Of a DNA stretch of 64,000 bases, positions 27,101 to 44,775 are shown piece by piece. A model generated the notes under the pieces. The model had not been told where the DNA came from. It did no database searches and was given only the letters and a program-made list of their open reading frames with translations. This DNA is from Eledone cirrhosa (lineage: Eukaryota): contig OZ024743.1 in the NCBI GenBank assembly GCA_964016885.1, forward strand, positions 228,346,001 to 228,410,000. Direction: 5' to 3'. The position numbers and the translations under genes are program-made. Within the stretch, counting starts at the first letter, position 1. Every line of letters starts with the position of its first letter.

Positions 27101-27377
27101 GGAGGCACATGGCTTAGTGGTTAGAGCTTGCAATCGAAAGGTTGTGATTTCAATTCTCAAACCGGGTGATGTGTTGTTTCCTTGAGCAAGACACTTTATT
27201 TCACATTGCTCCAGTTTACTCAGCTGTAGAAATGAGATGATAGGGACTGGGGTCCCTATCATTCCACTGCAAAGTGGTTGTGAAAGTGCCACGGCAAAAA
27301 AGCTCCCAACCCACACTGTAAAGTTCCCATCTCACCCCTGCAAGTAGGGAAAAGCAGACGTAAAATGATGATGATGA

Positions 27378-27380
<3 letters not shown>
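27101..27380 (+). mobile_element. tRNA-derived CORE-like SINE with RTE tail (internally deleted)
   Basis: A box TGGCTTAGTGG, degenerate B box, CORE-like CCTTGAGCAAGACACTT..CAGCTGTAGAAATG, tail GGGAAAAGCAGACGTAAAA(TGA)n. Confidence 0.85.
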
Positions 27381-27423
<43 letters not shown>

Positions 27424-30400
27424 CTCTGTATGGGTGCATATTGTATTTAATGAAAATTGTGTACATATATATACATATACACACACATATAGTGCCGTTC
27501 AACATGATATTGATGTTTAGATGCTGCCTTACCTTATGGTGTGAGGCAATGTTAATTAGCTTGCCAACACATACATGGAAGACAACAATATTTACCCTGA
27601 GGTCTGTTTCAAATATTTGACCAACCACACAATGAAATTAACAAACAATTACTTTATTTTTCTTTTGCAGAACATTGAAAATGCCTTTTGGTGGACAGCA
27701 GCTTCATTCATTTTCTTTCAAACAATGAAATAATGCTTCACTAATTGCCAATCAAACAACCACACCAGGTTATGTGCACATGCATGTGCTTATGTTTGTG
27801 TGCCCGTATGTATGCACATGTGTGCCTGTATGCATGCACATGTGTGCCTGTATGTATGCACATATGTAGCATTGGTCTTTCTTTTAGGCAACATGCAATC
27901 CCGTCATCTGTGAATAATAATTGTAAATGAAATATTGTCTTCTTTTAGAGTTTATTTGAATTTTTCTGATTTTTATTTCGGTTTTCGTTTTTATTTGGAG
28001 ACACAAACAATAGATATTAACTATAAGTGTACAAACCAAGTTATATGTATTTATATTAACCAGTGTCATGTTTTTGAAACATTCTTTTACTTTTTTTTGC
28101 AATAAACCTGACAATTCAGCTGCAGTATGATTTATATATGTGTGTGTGTGCGTGTGTGTTTGTTTAATTGTATGTATGTATATATATATATATATGCACA
28201 CACACACATATATATACACATATATATAATTATTCACATATACATATATATATACACACATCCGTATGTATATAATGTATTGTTTGTTAACTAATTTTCC
28301 ATTTGTATAACAATAAAGCAATACTGTAATATAGTAGACATTCAACATGTATATTTATGGTTAAAAGATTCATTGTTTGTGTTCATACAGTTTCAACTGA
28401 GCTTACAAACTCTCAGTGTTTACATGACTACACGCAGCTGTTTAATCAGCCAACATCAAAATAAATATTTTTGTTTAAGAATTACTGGTGAATAAAACAC
28501 AGTTTATTTTATTGAATCATCATCATTTAACGTCTGTTTTTCTACTAGCAAGAGTTGAATGGGTTATCAAATATTAAGTTAGTACTAAATTAGACCTGCT
28601 TTTCATGCACTCTACAGAGTGTACCATGCATTTTATCATGGCACCAGCACTAGGAAAGTTGTCATGTCTTTAGAACAATTAAGGAATCCTCTCAGTCATT
28701 TGTTTTGCACATTTTATTTTATGGCTGGACGCCCTCCTTATCACCAACCACTTTACAGAGTATAATGGGTGTGATTTATCATATCAGCAAAACTAGAGAA
28801 GTTGTTGTTCCCTACACATAACTGATGAATCCTCTCAATCTTTTTTATGGCATAGTCTTTACTGCTGGATACCCTTCTTACCACAAACCACATAACAGGA
28901 TGCATGAATGCAATAAAAAAAATACAGTTAGATTCAGTGTAACTATGAAGGTGATTTAATCATGACAAAATCTCCACATTGTAACAAATATAACAGAAAG
29001 TAAATGTTCATGCTTATATAGATTTAGTTTATTTATTATCAGGTAAATAATAGTTAGCTATTAAAAACTATAAATGAATTTTCTTCTACATTTTATTGTT
29101 TTATCATTTTTACTGCAGCCTTTTTGTCCTTGGGGTTTTGTCCTGAGTTCTTTGTCCTGGTGTTTATGTCCATATTCTGTTGTCACTGTAACCCTTTATC
29201 CATGAGGTTAGAAACACTTACTAAGCTAACATTACAGTGCCTTTTGTATCCCTAACCCAACCTTGCAAGCTGTAACTCTGTCTCTATGAAACAAAACCAC
29301 TCATTTTAAAGGGTTTCAACAACATTTTATATAAGTTTATTTTGTTACATTACTATTTTAGTGATGGATTAATTAATATGCATAGTAAATCTTTAAACAT
29401 TCTTTGTTATTTGATTTTATTAAAAATATTCTTATGAAAGGGGAAAATCTAGAACAGTAGAATTAGTACCCCCGAACAGTTTCTATTGAAAATATGAGTA
29501 AATGTAAATTGTTATCTCTTATGAAACAATCTTCAAAGAAAGCCAAGTCAAAAAGACAGCAAATAAAATATATATATATTTATATATATGACAGAGAAGA
29601 AAGCTTGGTCACCATGATAGGAAAGAACATATTGTCTTACATGATAAAAAGAATAGTATGGCCTCCTATATAATAATGAAAGAGATAGCTTAAAGAGACA
29701 ACAACGCATTGTCTCTGAAGGCATTTTGGTTTGCTTTTCAATAACTTAAAGAGCCAAGCTGGCTTTTCAGATTCTAATAGTTTTAACTGTTCAATATTCA
29801 CAGTGACTTGCCTTTAGTAGTATTAAACCATTTTAAGCCAGTGATAACAATGACCTCAGTTACATAACCTGGTTTTCTGATATAAGTGCAATACATTTAA
29901 TCAGAGATTAGAAAAAGTATTTTTGTGAAGTATGCATGTAGTCAACTATTGGCTTCTTTGTAAGATCTTTCAAATGTGGGGCTGCTAGTATAGAATAATT
30001 TTAGATTACATTTTTCTCATGTCTCCAAAATTAAAATAAACACCAAAGGTGTGGAAAAGTGATGAGAGGCACATATAAGGAAGCATATGTATGATGTTGA
30101 AATTTAGAAATATAGAGAAAAATAAAAGCTAATGTCTAGGTACGTAGGATCGATAAAATGAATAAAGGAAGCTAGCTTTAGTTACTCGATTACTGTGCTT
30201 TTGTTTTAAGTAAAACTGCAATCATTGTACATTACATAAAGATTCAAGTGAAAATTAATGGAGCCTGATTGTTTTGTATATGTAAAATATAAATGATTTA
30301 TTAGCAACAGAAAAGGGAATATTACAACATACATGTACATAATGTTTCACATGTCTACAGTAATTTTGTATTCTGAAAATGTGATAATCGTTCATTTTAA

Positions 30401-31090
30401 GATGGATGAAAACTTCCATGGACTTTATAATTATACAGATAAAGGAAATATTTATTTTTTCTTCACTTTTCATTACATTTACAATTATTGCCAGCATGAG
30501 TTAAACAGGTCATCATGGTCTGACAGGCTGAAGAACTATAACTTGCTCCTATGTTTCATATTTTGACAAGGTTTCTATGGCTGGATGCTATTCCTAAGAC
30601 TACCATTTTGCAGAGTGAACTGGATGCATTATATTGCAGTACTAACACAACCATATTATTAAGAGTACTTGGTATATTTTGTCATGAATTCAGAACTACT
30701 TCTTTACAGAGTGTACTAGGAAGGATTTATATTGGCACCAAAACTTAAGCTGTCATGTACTCAGCAAGACTAAATGGACCTCCCTTCTCTATATTGTTTC
30801 TAATCAGCAGTTACATTACAGAGTGTACTGTGTGCAACTTATTGGGGCACCAGCACTGGAGAAGAGAAATATTATTTAAAATAGAAAACCAAAGAAAAAT
30901 AAAGCGAAGATAAGGAGTCAGCTGAAGGAAGGGTAGACATTTTAATGTAACTTTATTGTCATGTATAGTATCATTCTTATGCAAAAAGGTACATATGTTT
31001 GTTTATGTCCTAACATTAAGCTGTTTGACAAAAATAAATTGATTTAAAATAAATAGGTACTGGGGTTGATATGACTGATTAAAATCCCTT

Positions 31091-31308
31091 TAACTCTTTA
31101 GCATTTAAACCGGTTGTATCTGGCCAGAACTTTCTCACCTCTTTCTATTCAAATTGGCTGTAACTGGTTGCTCATACCTACATTAAGGTATTGTTCTCAA
31201 AATAAATAATATCAAAATCTTGTAGATCCGATATTATGTGAGATAATTATGCAATTTACTGTGAAAATACAATAGTAAATATAGAATAATGTAAATTGTA
31301 AAGGGTTA
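31091..31308. mobile_element. Second piggyBac-like MITE
   Basis: TTAACTCTTTA ... TAAAGGGTTAA imperfect terminal inverted repeats with TTAA. Confidence 0.5.
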
Positions 31309-31670
31309 AGACAGTGCTCTCAGCATGGCCACAATCTATCAATGAAAGCCAATAAAAGTACTAGACTTGAAAAAATAAGTAGTAAGATCAAAATGATTGA
31401 CTAAATTCCTTTCAAACACTGCCTCAGCATAGCTACAGTCTAATATGACTGAAACCAGTAAAAGTATAAAATGATAACAGAATATACACAGAGTACCCAT
31501 TACATTTTACATGTAAACTTATGGGATGTTAAGTTACCGATTGTATCTCATCACTGTTTATAAAACTAATAGTCACACAAATGTCAACTGTTATAGAATC
31601 AACAGTACAGCTCTTCCTCATCATCATCATCATTACCATCATCATTACTACTACCATTACTAATATAACT

Positions 31671-31862
31671 AATAATTGTTTCTACTTTTTGGCACAAGGC
31701 CAGCAATTATCTCAGTGTATTACTGGTATGTTATTTTATCGACCCCGTAAGGATGAAAGGCAAAGTTAACCTCGGCGGGATTTGAACTCAGTCCGTAAAG
31801 GGACGTAACTGTGCTGCAAAGCATGGCGCCCGACTCTCTACCGATACTGCCAATCCAGCGCC
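31671..31862 (-). mobile_element. Meta/MESC-like SINE copy
   Basis: Reverse complement of the 8150 family. Confidence 0.88.
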
Positions 31863-32644
31863 AATAATACTACTAATAATGATGATAATATTGCTACTAT
31901 TACTGCTGCTACAACTACATATAATTTTGAGTACTAACATTTATCTATTATATATTTTTGTGAAAACACAATCTGCAAAAGAATATAAACAAAATGTTTA
32001 AAATATCAAACGGAACATATTATATAAGAAAGATTTTGTGACTATAAAAATTTTTACAAAAAAATATACATTTTAAAACGAAAATACTGACATTCTGACT
32101 TCATGGTTTATTATTAAAAAAAAGTACCATCATCATCATCATTATTTTTATTATTGTTATTGTTATTATTACTACTACTACTGTTGCAGTAGTTTCATAA
32201 TTGTTAGTACATATCTTTTCAATGTTATATGTAACCAAGTGCAGTTTCATATGCCTTCGAGTGCATACAGTAATTTGTATTGTTTTTGTGTTTTATCCTT
32301 CTTCTATTGAGAATAATCTATGCAGTTAACATGCATATATATGTGTACAGTGCCTAGTAGTGCTATATATTTTCTACATGTTATTTTAATGTGTGTATAT
32401 GTGAGTAAAATCCTGAAGGGTATGTCGTAAAAATATATTTGTATGCTTCTCTATATTATCATACCTAAGGCCACATATAATTATAGGGATTGTTTATGCT
32501 TTTCAATTCCTACATTTATGGATCTCTCTCTCTATATATATATCAGCTCCTTAGATTTGGAGAGTTTCTTCCATTTCTTTAAAGACTTATTGACATTAGC
32601 TTTGAATATTCTTCTCTGTTTCTTATTTCTTCCAAATATATATA

Positions 32645-32760
<116 letters not shown>

Positions 32761-34740
32761 CTCACACACACACACTGACACACACACATAAAACCAGATG
32801 TCTTAAGATACATTGGAAAAACATGAAATTTTTAAGGAAGTCAGCACAACACAAATGACATGATTTTTTTCTGTCTCTTGGGCTGACTACATAATATATA
32901 CATAAATATCTCCCCAATCATCCAATGTCCATGTAAATTCACACAGTCTATGTAACCTGTTCTTGTAATGTCCCCTTCATCCTGAGGGCTTGTGGCAAAT
33001 GAATGATGCCATCATTATCATCATTATGGTGGAGGATTGGCTGAATCATTTAAGCATTGGACAAATGCTGCCAAAGTCAACTTTGACTTCCCTGTTTCCA
33101 GAGTCGATAAAATCAACTACCCTTTCCCAAAATTGCTGACCTTGTGCCTAAATTAAAAACCATTATCAGTATTACAGGATGTTAACATAAATATCTAGGT
33201 ATGGGGCTAAATTATTTTCAGTGTTTAGTTTTATTTCTCTAAAAATGAGTTCAAAACCTGCCAGAGTTGATTTTGCCTTACATTTCTCACCCGTGTCAAT
33301 AAAGAAAAAAATATATTTAGAAATGTGTGCTCTTGAGTCAATGGAAAATATTATTATTATCATCATCATCATCACCATTATTATTATCATTATTGTTATC
33401 ATCGGCATTATTTGATAAACCCAATGAAAAAATGCTTACACAAAATTGTGTGGTTGGGTAACCCTACATGTTGTTTTTATATTTTATATTAAGTTATATC
33501 TTGCTGTGTGTTTCCAATTTAGAGTAGGTACACTGTATCATTTCATATTGTAAGAAACAACTAAAAGTGTTGGTGCCAAGAAGGGCATCTGGCTGTAAAA
33601 CATTGCTTCAAAAAGAAAACTGTAATGATATCTGTAATCCTATCAAGGGACCCACACGGCTATTCTCCATCTTAGCAGAGAAAATCGCCTAAAACCTCTT
33701 GTTGTTGTTGTTGCTCTTTTATTTCTTATCTTGACGTAATTATTGTGTATTTTATAATGATTTTATATTTATTTCGTGTTTTATCAAATATTCTCTGCAT
33801 ATTGTATAACATCCTTGCCTCTGCCCTCATATATTACTTTGCTTTTCTGGTCTCACATGTATTGCTTGTATCCCTTATGCTTATAATATTTACTGCATTA
33901 GCTCTTGAGGCTAATAAAGAAATCATCATCATGTTATGTCTGCATTCCATACTGGTATGGGTTGGGCAGGTTGTCATAGTCTGACACTAGATGGGTCAAA
34001 GAGACCTCATCTTGCTCATACGTTCCATCACTATTAAAATTATCATCATCATCATCATCATTAATTCTTTCAAGTACAATTTAATAATCACAAGTCTGAG
34101 TGATATATATATATATATATACATACATATATTATGACTGACTGTATTCATCAAAGATTTGAGAGTCAGCAAATTTTCGGCATGCTATGTGGAAGGGGTA
34201 AAAAACCCCAACAACAACAACAAAAACAAACAAGTACATAGCAACAACAACAACAACAAAAATGTAGTGCTATCTATCCCATGGAAGAATCCTTTAAATT
34301 TTTCAATGACTGCAAAAGGGGACGATGGAACAAAACTAAATAAGTAAATAAATATATAGGAAACAAAAATAAAAATAAACAATAATAAAATCATTGGCTT
34401 CTGTATTCTGTTGGGAGAGAGAGAGAGGGGGGACTGGGAGAGATAGCCAAGTGTTCGAGTAGACACAGAGAACTACATAGCCATATAAAAGAGAGACTTA
34501 GATAGCAGTTAAATGTACATGCTGGTATGAACAAGGAATATGGTTTGGTGTATGGTATGGTTGTGCATGATATAAATAAACATACATCAAAGTGACGGCG
34601 ATGGCAGCAGACAAGCGGCTGCATCTGAAGACTGCGGACATCTAAAAGACATGCACAAATAGATTACTCATGCAATTTTTAATTGAAATCATTTCCAGCT
34701 TCAAAGGAATTTCAAGCTCATCATGGCAGATCGGCATAGA

Positions 34741-34860
34741 TCATTCCTGGAAAATGGCTGGAACTAGAGCCGGAGCTGTAGATGGAACTGGAACTATATA
34801 TAACTGATACACAGACAGCCTCCCACTTCCACCACCACTAGCACCTCCCTCCCATACAAC
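34741..34860 (-). other. Candidate host exon (unverified)
   Basis: Acceptor TCTTTTTAAAG|G, a 39-codon frame VVWEGGASGGGSGRL..AIFQE*, non-repetitive GC-richer island, upstream GTAAGT donor at 35089. Confidence 0.3.
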
Positions 34861-35308
34861 CTTTAAAAAGATAATCATTCTAATAAACCAGAACTGAGAG
34901 CACGACAATGTTTTTATTGTTTCAAAGACATTGCCTATGAAAATGATAGCAAAAGCAATCTTTTTTTCCAGGGACTGCCGTTTTGTTTTGTTTTTATGTG
35001 TTTTGGGGAAATGGGAGGGGTGTTTTTTTGTTTTCTTTTGTTTTAATGTATATATGTGTGTTTTTCCCCCGCTCAACGCCACCACTTACCCACTCCTCAC
35101 TATTTCATATCAAATAAATAGACAAATAAGTAAAACAATGAAAAATGATAACAGAAAAAATATAATAATAACAGCTACAATCATAATAATAATTACTATT
35201 ATATATATATTTATCTATATTTTTATGTATATGTATATTTTTCTGTGTATATATATGTTTGCTACCAGGAAAAACAGGCATTAAATTATGATGATATATA
35301 TATATATG

Positions 35309-35375
<67 letters not shown>

Positions 35376-35614
35376 ATAATATATATATATATATGTGTGT
35401 GTATGTATACATATATATATATATGTGTGTGTATGTATACATATATATATATATATATATATATGTATACATACACATATATATATATATTATACACACA
35501 CATATATATATATATATATATTATACACATACATATATATATATATCATCATAATTTAATGTCTGTTTTTCCTGTGTCTATATATATATATATATATGTG
35601 TGTGTGTACGTGTG

Positions 35615-35645
<31 letters not shown>

Positions 35646-36134
35646 GTATGTGTATATATATATACACACATATATACATATAGACACATACACCTACATA
35701 TATATATATATCTACAAACATACATGCATATATATATATGTGTGTGTGTATTTTTTTACAGAAGAGGTTTCCTTTCTGCCCCTCCTATGTTCATTGCTTT
35801 AGCCAACCCTTACATATTTGTATAATATAAAGTACATAAAAAATAAAAAAAGATATATAAAAAACAAAAACAGGGGCCTTCCCCACACAAAAAACAACAT
35901 ACAGGAGTGGAATTACTGTGTACATTTAAGGAACCACCCTCGGACCCCTCCATTCTCCTCTATCTATTATACTACTGGCCTGGGAATCTAACAAGATTTA
36001 TAGAGGATATTTGTCAAGCTAAATAGAACCAGTACCATAAAAAGAGTCAGAGTAAATTCAAACAACAACAACAGCACTAATTCTAAAACAATAAGAATAT
36101 AAATAGTAGTAGTAGTAGTAGTATTTTATAGTAA

Positions 36135-36352
36135 ATAATGGTTTCTTATATAGGCACAAGGCCAGTAATTTGGGGAGAGGGGAAAGTCGATTAAATCGAC
36201 GCCAGTGCGTGACTGGTACTTTATTTTATCGACCCCGTAAGGATGAAAGGCAAAGTTAACCTCGGCGGGATTTGAGCTCAGATCATAAAGAGCCGTAACT
36301 CTATGCTGCAAAGCATGGCGTCTGACCCTCTACCGATACTGCCAATCCACCA
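36135..36352 (-). mobile_element. Meta/MESC-like SINE copy (long-tail variant)
   Basis: Same head and core, with an extra GGCGTCGATTTAATCGACTTTCCCC segment. Confidence 0.88.
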
Positions 36353-37256
36353 ATAATAATAATGATAACAGAATATAATTAATAATAGTAGTAAAAAAAG
36401 TAACAGCAGTAGTAGTCATAGTAAACAATTATAACTATAACTATTATTATTATTAATAATAATAATAATAGTAATAAACATAATAATAACAATAATGATG
36501 ATGATATGGTGATAAATAAATAATAAGACAATGATGATGTTGATGATGATGATAACAATAATAGAGACAGTACCGACTGAAACTATAAAAACAACATACA
36601 ACATTAAAAAAGTTGTAAAAAAAAACAATGTTTTTTTAATGATTTCCTCTCCACCCTGTCATTTATGTATTTTCTTTCCTTTTTATTGTATTTTTATTGG
36701 AAGGGGGGGGGGGGGGGGGGTACTTGTTTATTTTGGATTTATTTTATATTCCAATCAGGGTCTGGAGGTGTGGTCCAGGCTTCGCTACTACGACTACAAG
36801 TGGAAATATTCCAGAAGCTTGTATCAGAAAAAAAAATATTCTATTTAAATTTTTGAGGGTCAATTGAAAACCATAAACAAAATTCTAAAATATGCAAATA
36901 AAAATTGAACAGAAAAAGAAACAAAAATCAAAACAACTAAAATAACAACTAAAATGATAAAAAAAAAAATACAAAGAGTGTTTTCTGTTTCAATTAAATA
37001 TTTTCCAAGTTAAAAATGGAAAATGTATTAACAAAACAAAATGAAAATTGATTTATCTTCCACGAGTAAGAGAAAAGGGAGGTGCACACATATATGTGTA
37101 GGTACATGAGTAACAGAGGTGGGTCTTATGTAGTCTTATATACATATATGTAGAAATATGTAAGGCTATATATATATATAGTACACACTCATGTGTGTAT
37201 GTATATATATATATGGTCTTGCATATTTCTACACACATGTAATACAAACACACACT

Positions 37257-37293
<37 letters not shown>

Positions 37294-37340
37294 GGTCATG
37301 TGTATTTCTAGACATATATAAAATACACACACGCACACAC

Positions 37341-37420
<80 letters not shown>

Positions 37421-38197
37421 GTATATATGTGTGTAGACCTGGAACATCTATATTCATAATGCATGCTTGCATCATTCTGTGTTTGCATGAGTATATAGAT
37501 CTATGCATGTTGGAATATGTGAGTAACTGTGTTCATATATGTATGTGTATGTTTGTAAATATATAAATGTGGGATTATGTATTTATGTATGTTTGCATGT
37601 ATATATATATATATATATAAAAGAAAATAATTTAGTCTAAACAATCAGAAACATAAATTGCATGCAAGATCTTGGCAGAATTCACATTTATAATCACATA
37701 TACACACATTCCAACTTACACACACACATGTAAGAGAACACATACACATGCCCACATGATGTGTATGTGTGTGTTTTATGTGCAGGATTTATAAAGTTGT
37801 CCAATTTGATGCAAGTGATAGCGAAACAAAACTGAGATTTACAACTGAAATTATCTACTGTAGAAATTGACAATTACTGTAGAGTCGGTAGTTTAGTGGT
37901 TGAGGAGGGTGGGCTGGAATGGGAGGAGAAAGAGTCAAAGGGAGGGGCGGGGTATGAGAGAGAGTGTGAGATAAAAAGAAAGATAGAAAGACAGTCGAAA
38001 GAAGAAGTGATGGAGGTGAAATTGCAAACCATAAACTTACATTAGAATATTTTTAAGAAAGATTGACATATTTCATGAATAATGGAAAATAATGTAATTT
38101 TTCAGTTCCGCTATTTATTATTGTAATTCTTTCCAGAAATAGCCGTGCTGGCAAAACTTTTCTTGAAATCTCCAAAGGTAATTCATCATAATGATAT

Positions 38198-38199
<2 letters not shown>

Positions 38200-38278
<79 letters not shown>

Positions 38279-38606
38279 AAATGTGCATAATATATAAATA
38301 CATATGTATATACATATATGCTTATGTATATAAATACACACATATATATAAATAGATATATACATATGCATATATATATATGTATATACATATATATATA
38401 TATATATATATAAATGAATATATACATATATATATATGCATACATATGTATATAAATATATATATATATGCATACATATGTATATAAATATATATATATA
38501 TATGTATGCATACATATGCACATATATATATATATATATGCATACATATGCGTATATATATGCATACATATGCATATATATATATGCATACATATGCATA
38601 TATATA

Positions 38607-38652
<46 letters not shown>

Positions 38653-38850
38653 TATATATATATGCATACATATGCATATATATATGCATATATATATATA
38701 CATATATATGCATACATATGCATATATATATATATATATATATACATATATATGCATACATATACATATATATATATATATATACATATATATATGCATA
38801 TTTATATATGTATATATATATATATCAGAGATTCGATTTTACTGATTCCC

Positions 38851-38901
<51 letters not shown>

Positions 38902-38945
38902 TATATGCATATTTATATATATATATACATATATATATGCATATT

Positions 38946-38980
<35 letters not shown>

Positions 38981-39027
38981 GCATATATATATACATATAT
39001 ATATATATGCATATATATATGCATATA

Positions 39028-39094
<67 letters not shown>
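38200..39094. repeat. Compound (TA)n/TGCA microsatellite
   Basis: Seen directly in the sequence. Confidence 0.95.
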
Positions 39095-39923
<829 letters not shown>

Positions 39924-39975
39924 ATATATATATATATATATACACATATATATATATGCATATATATATATATAT

Positions 39976-40016
<41 letters not shown>

Positions 40017-40018
40017 TA

Positions 40019-40049
<31 letters not shown>

Positions 40050-40069
40050 GCATATATATATATATATAT

Positions 40070-40198
<129 letters not shown>

Positions 40199-40202
40199 TA
40201 TA

Positions 40203-40713
40203 TCATCATCATCATCATCATCAACGTTTAACGTCCGTGTTCCACGCTTGCATGGGTTTGGACGGGGGTAGTCCCACTTGAGGCAAGAGTGATTGTCTTG
40301 CTCGCATAGGACTGTCTGGCAGGTTTTCTACAGTTGGATGCCCTTCCTAACACCAACCACATTTACAGTGTGGGTCATATATATATATATACATATATAT
40401 GCATATATATATATATTTATATATATATATACACATATATATACATGCATATATATACACATATATATACATGCATATATATATATATACACATATGTAT
40501 ACATGCATATATATATATACATATACACACATATATATATTTGCATATATATATATATATACATATATATATGTATATATACATATATATATATACATAT
40601 ATATACATATATATATATACATATATCATCATCATCATCATCATCATCATATATGTATATATATATATGTATATATATGTCATCATCATCATATATATCA
40701 TATATATTATATA

Positions 40714-40754
<41 letters not shown>

Positions 40755-40953
40755 CTATATATATTTATATATATATATATATCATCATCATCATCATCAT
40801 CAGGTTTAACGTCCGTTTTCCATGCTTGCACGGGTTTGGACGGGAGTTTTCCCACTTGAGGCAAGAGTGGTCGTCTTGCTCGCATAGGACTGTCTGGCGA
40901 GTTTTCTACAGTTGGATGCCCTTCCTAACACCAACCACATTTACAGTGTGGGT
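40203..40953 (-). mobile_element. Two RTE-A 3'-terminal stubs (40203-40375, 40782-40953)
   Basis: Each matches the last ~170 nt of the RTE-A 3' UTR. Both are truncated at ..TTACAGTGTGGGT. Confidence 0.88.
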
Positions 40954-41132
40954 GATATATGTATATATATATATGTATATATACATATATATATGTATAT
41001 ATATATATATATATATGAAAATATATATATGTGTGTATATGTATATATATATATGCATGTATATATATGTGTATATATATGCATGTATATATATGTGTAT
41101 ATATATATATAAATATATATTCATATATATAC

Positions 41133-41195
<63 letters not shown>

Positions 41196-41246
41196 CATAT
41201 ATATATACATATATATATATACATATATATATACATATATATATAC

Positions 41247-41278
<32 letters not shown>

Positions 41279-41339
41279 ATACATATATATATATATATAC
41301 ATACATATATATATATACATATGCATATATATATACATA

Positions 41340-41402
<63 letters not shown>

Positions 41403-41439
41403 GCATATATGTATATATACATACATGCATATATATATG

Positions 41440-41515
<76 letters not shown>

Positions 41516-41545
41516 CATATATACATATACATATATATATATGCA

Positions 41546-41582
<37 letters not shown>

Positions 41583-41637
41583 TTATTAAAATAACAGATT
41601 AAAGTTTAAGCAATGAAAAGGAGGTCAAGTATGTTAA

Positions 41638-41711
41638 AAATCACTGAATAATTGCTCCGAAGACTCCAAACCTCGGTTTGGAAGAAACAATTGTAAGCAG
41701 ATAAATGATTT
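41638..41711 (+). ncRNA. Degenerate type I hammerhead ribozyme in a ~150 bp Penelope-like LTR remnant (41583-41735)
   Basis: UUGCU-CCGAAGA-CUCCAAACC-UC-GGUUUGGAA-GAAAC-AAUU-GUA-AGCAG. Palindromic stem III ACAAUUGU and GUA cleavage triplet; U4>C variant. Confidence 0.6.
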
Positions 41712-41768
41712 AAACAGAACTTTGTTTAATGTAATCTCTCTCTCTCTATATATATAGATATGCATATA

Positions 41769-43057
<1,289 letters not shown>

Positions 43058-43109
43058 ATATATATATATATATATACACATATATATATATGCATATATA
43101 TATATATAT

Positions 43110-43150
<41 letters not shown>

Positions 43151-43152
43151 TA

Positions 43153-43183
<31 letters not shown>

Positions 43184-43201
43184 GCATATATATATATATA
43201 T

Positions 43202-43326
<125 letters not shown>

Positions 43327-43330
43327 TATA

Positions 43331-43841
43331 TCATCATCATCATCATCATCAACGTTTAACGTCCGTGTTCCACGCTTGCATGGGTTTGGACGGGGGTAGT
43401 CCCACTTGAGGCAAGAGTGATTGTCTTGCTCGCATAGGACTGTCTGGCAGGTTTTCTACAGTTGGATGCCCTTCCTAACACCAACCACATTTACAGTGTG
43501 GGTCATATATATATATATACATATATATGCATATATATATATATTTATATATATATATACACATATATATACATGCATATATATACACATATATATACAT
43601 GCATATATATATATATACACATATGTATACATGCATATATATATATACATATACACACATATATATATTTGCATATATATATATATATACATATATATAT
43701 GTATATATACATATATATATATACATATATATACATATATATATATACATATATCATCATCATCATCATCATCATCATATATGTATATATATATATGTAT
43801 ATATATGTCATCATCATCATATATATCATATATATTATATA

Positions 43842-43882
<41 letters not shown>

Positions 43883-44081
43883 CTATATATATTTATATAT
43901 ATATATATATCATCATCATCATCATCATCAGGTTTAACGTCCGTTTTCCATGCTTGCACGGGTTTGGACGGGAGTTTTCCCACTTGAGGCAAGAGTGGTC
44001 GTCTTGCTCGCATAGGACTGTCTGGCGAGTTTTCTACAGTTGGATGCCCTTCCTAACACCAACCACATTTACAGTGTGGGT
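43331..44081 (-). mobile_element. Two RTE-A 3'-terminal stubs (duplicate of 40203-40953)
   Basis: Same sequences offset by ~3128 bp. Confidence 0.88.
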
Positions 44082-44260
44082 GATATATGTATATATATAT
44101 ATGTATATATACATATATATATGTATATATATATATATATATATGAAAATATATATATGTGTGTATATGTATATATATATATGCATGTATATATATGTGT
44201 ATATATATGCATGTATATATATGTGTATATATATATATAAATATATATTCATATATATAC

Positions 44261-44323
<63 letters not shown>

Positions 44324-44374
44324 CATATATATATACATATATATATATACATATATATATACATATATATATAC

Positions 44375-44406
<32 letters not shown>

Positions 44407-44467
44407 ATACATATATATATATATATACATACATATATATATATACATATGCATATATATATACATA

Positions 44468-44542
<75 letters not shown>

Positions 44543-44579
44543 GCATATATGTATATATACATACATGCATATATATATG

Positions 44580-44653
<74 letters not shown>

Positions 44654-44683
44654 CATATATACATATACATATATATATATGCA

Positions 44684-44720
<37 letters not shown>

Positions 44721-44775
44721 TTATTAAAATAACAGATTAAAGTTTAAGCAATGAAAAGGAGGTCAAGTATGTTAA

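Noticed and set aside
38041-38200. Possible minus-strand exon ending at a GTAAGT donor (38040)
   Set aside because: No clear acceptor, and the longer frames stop before the donor.
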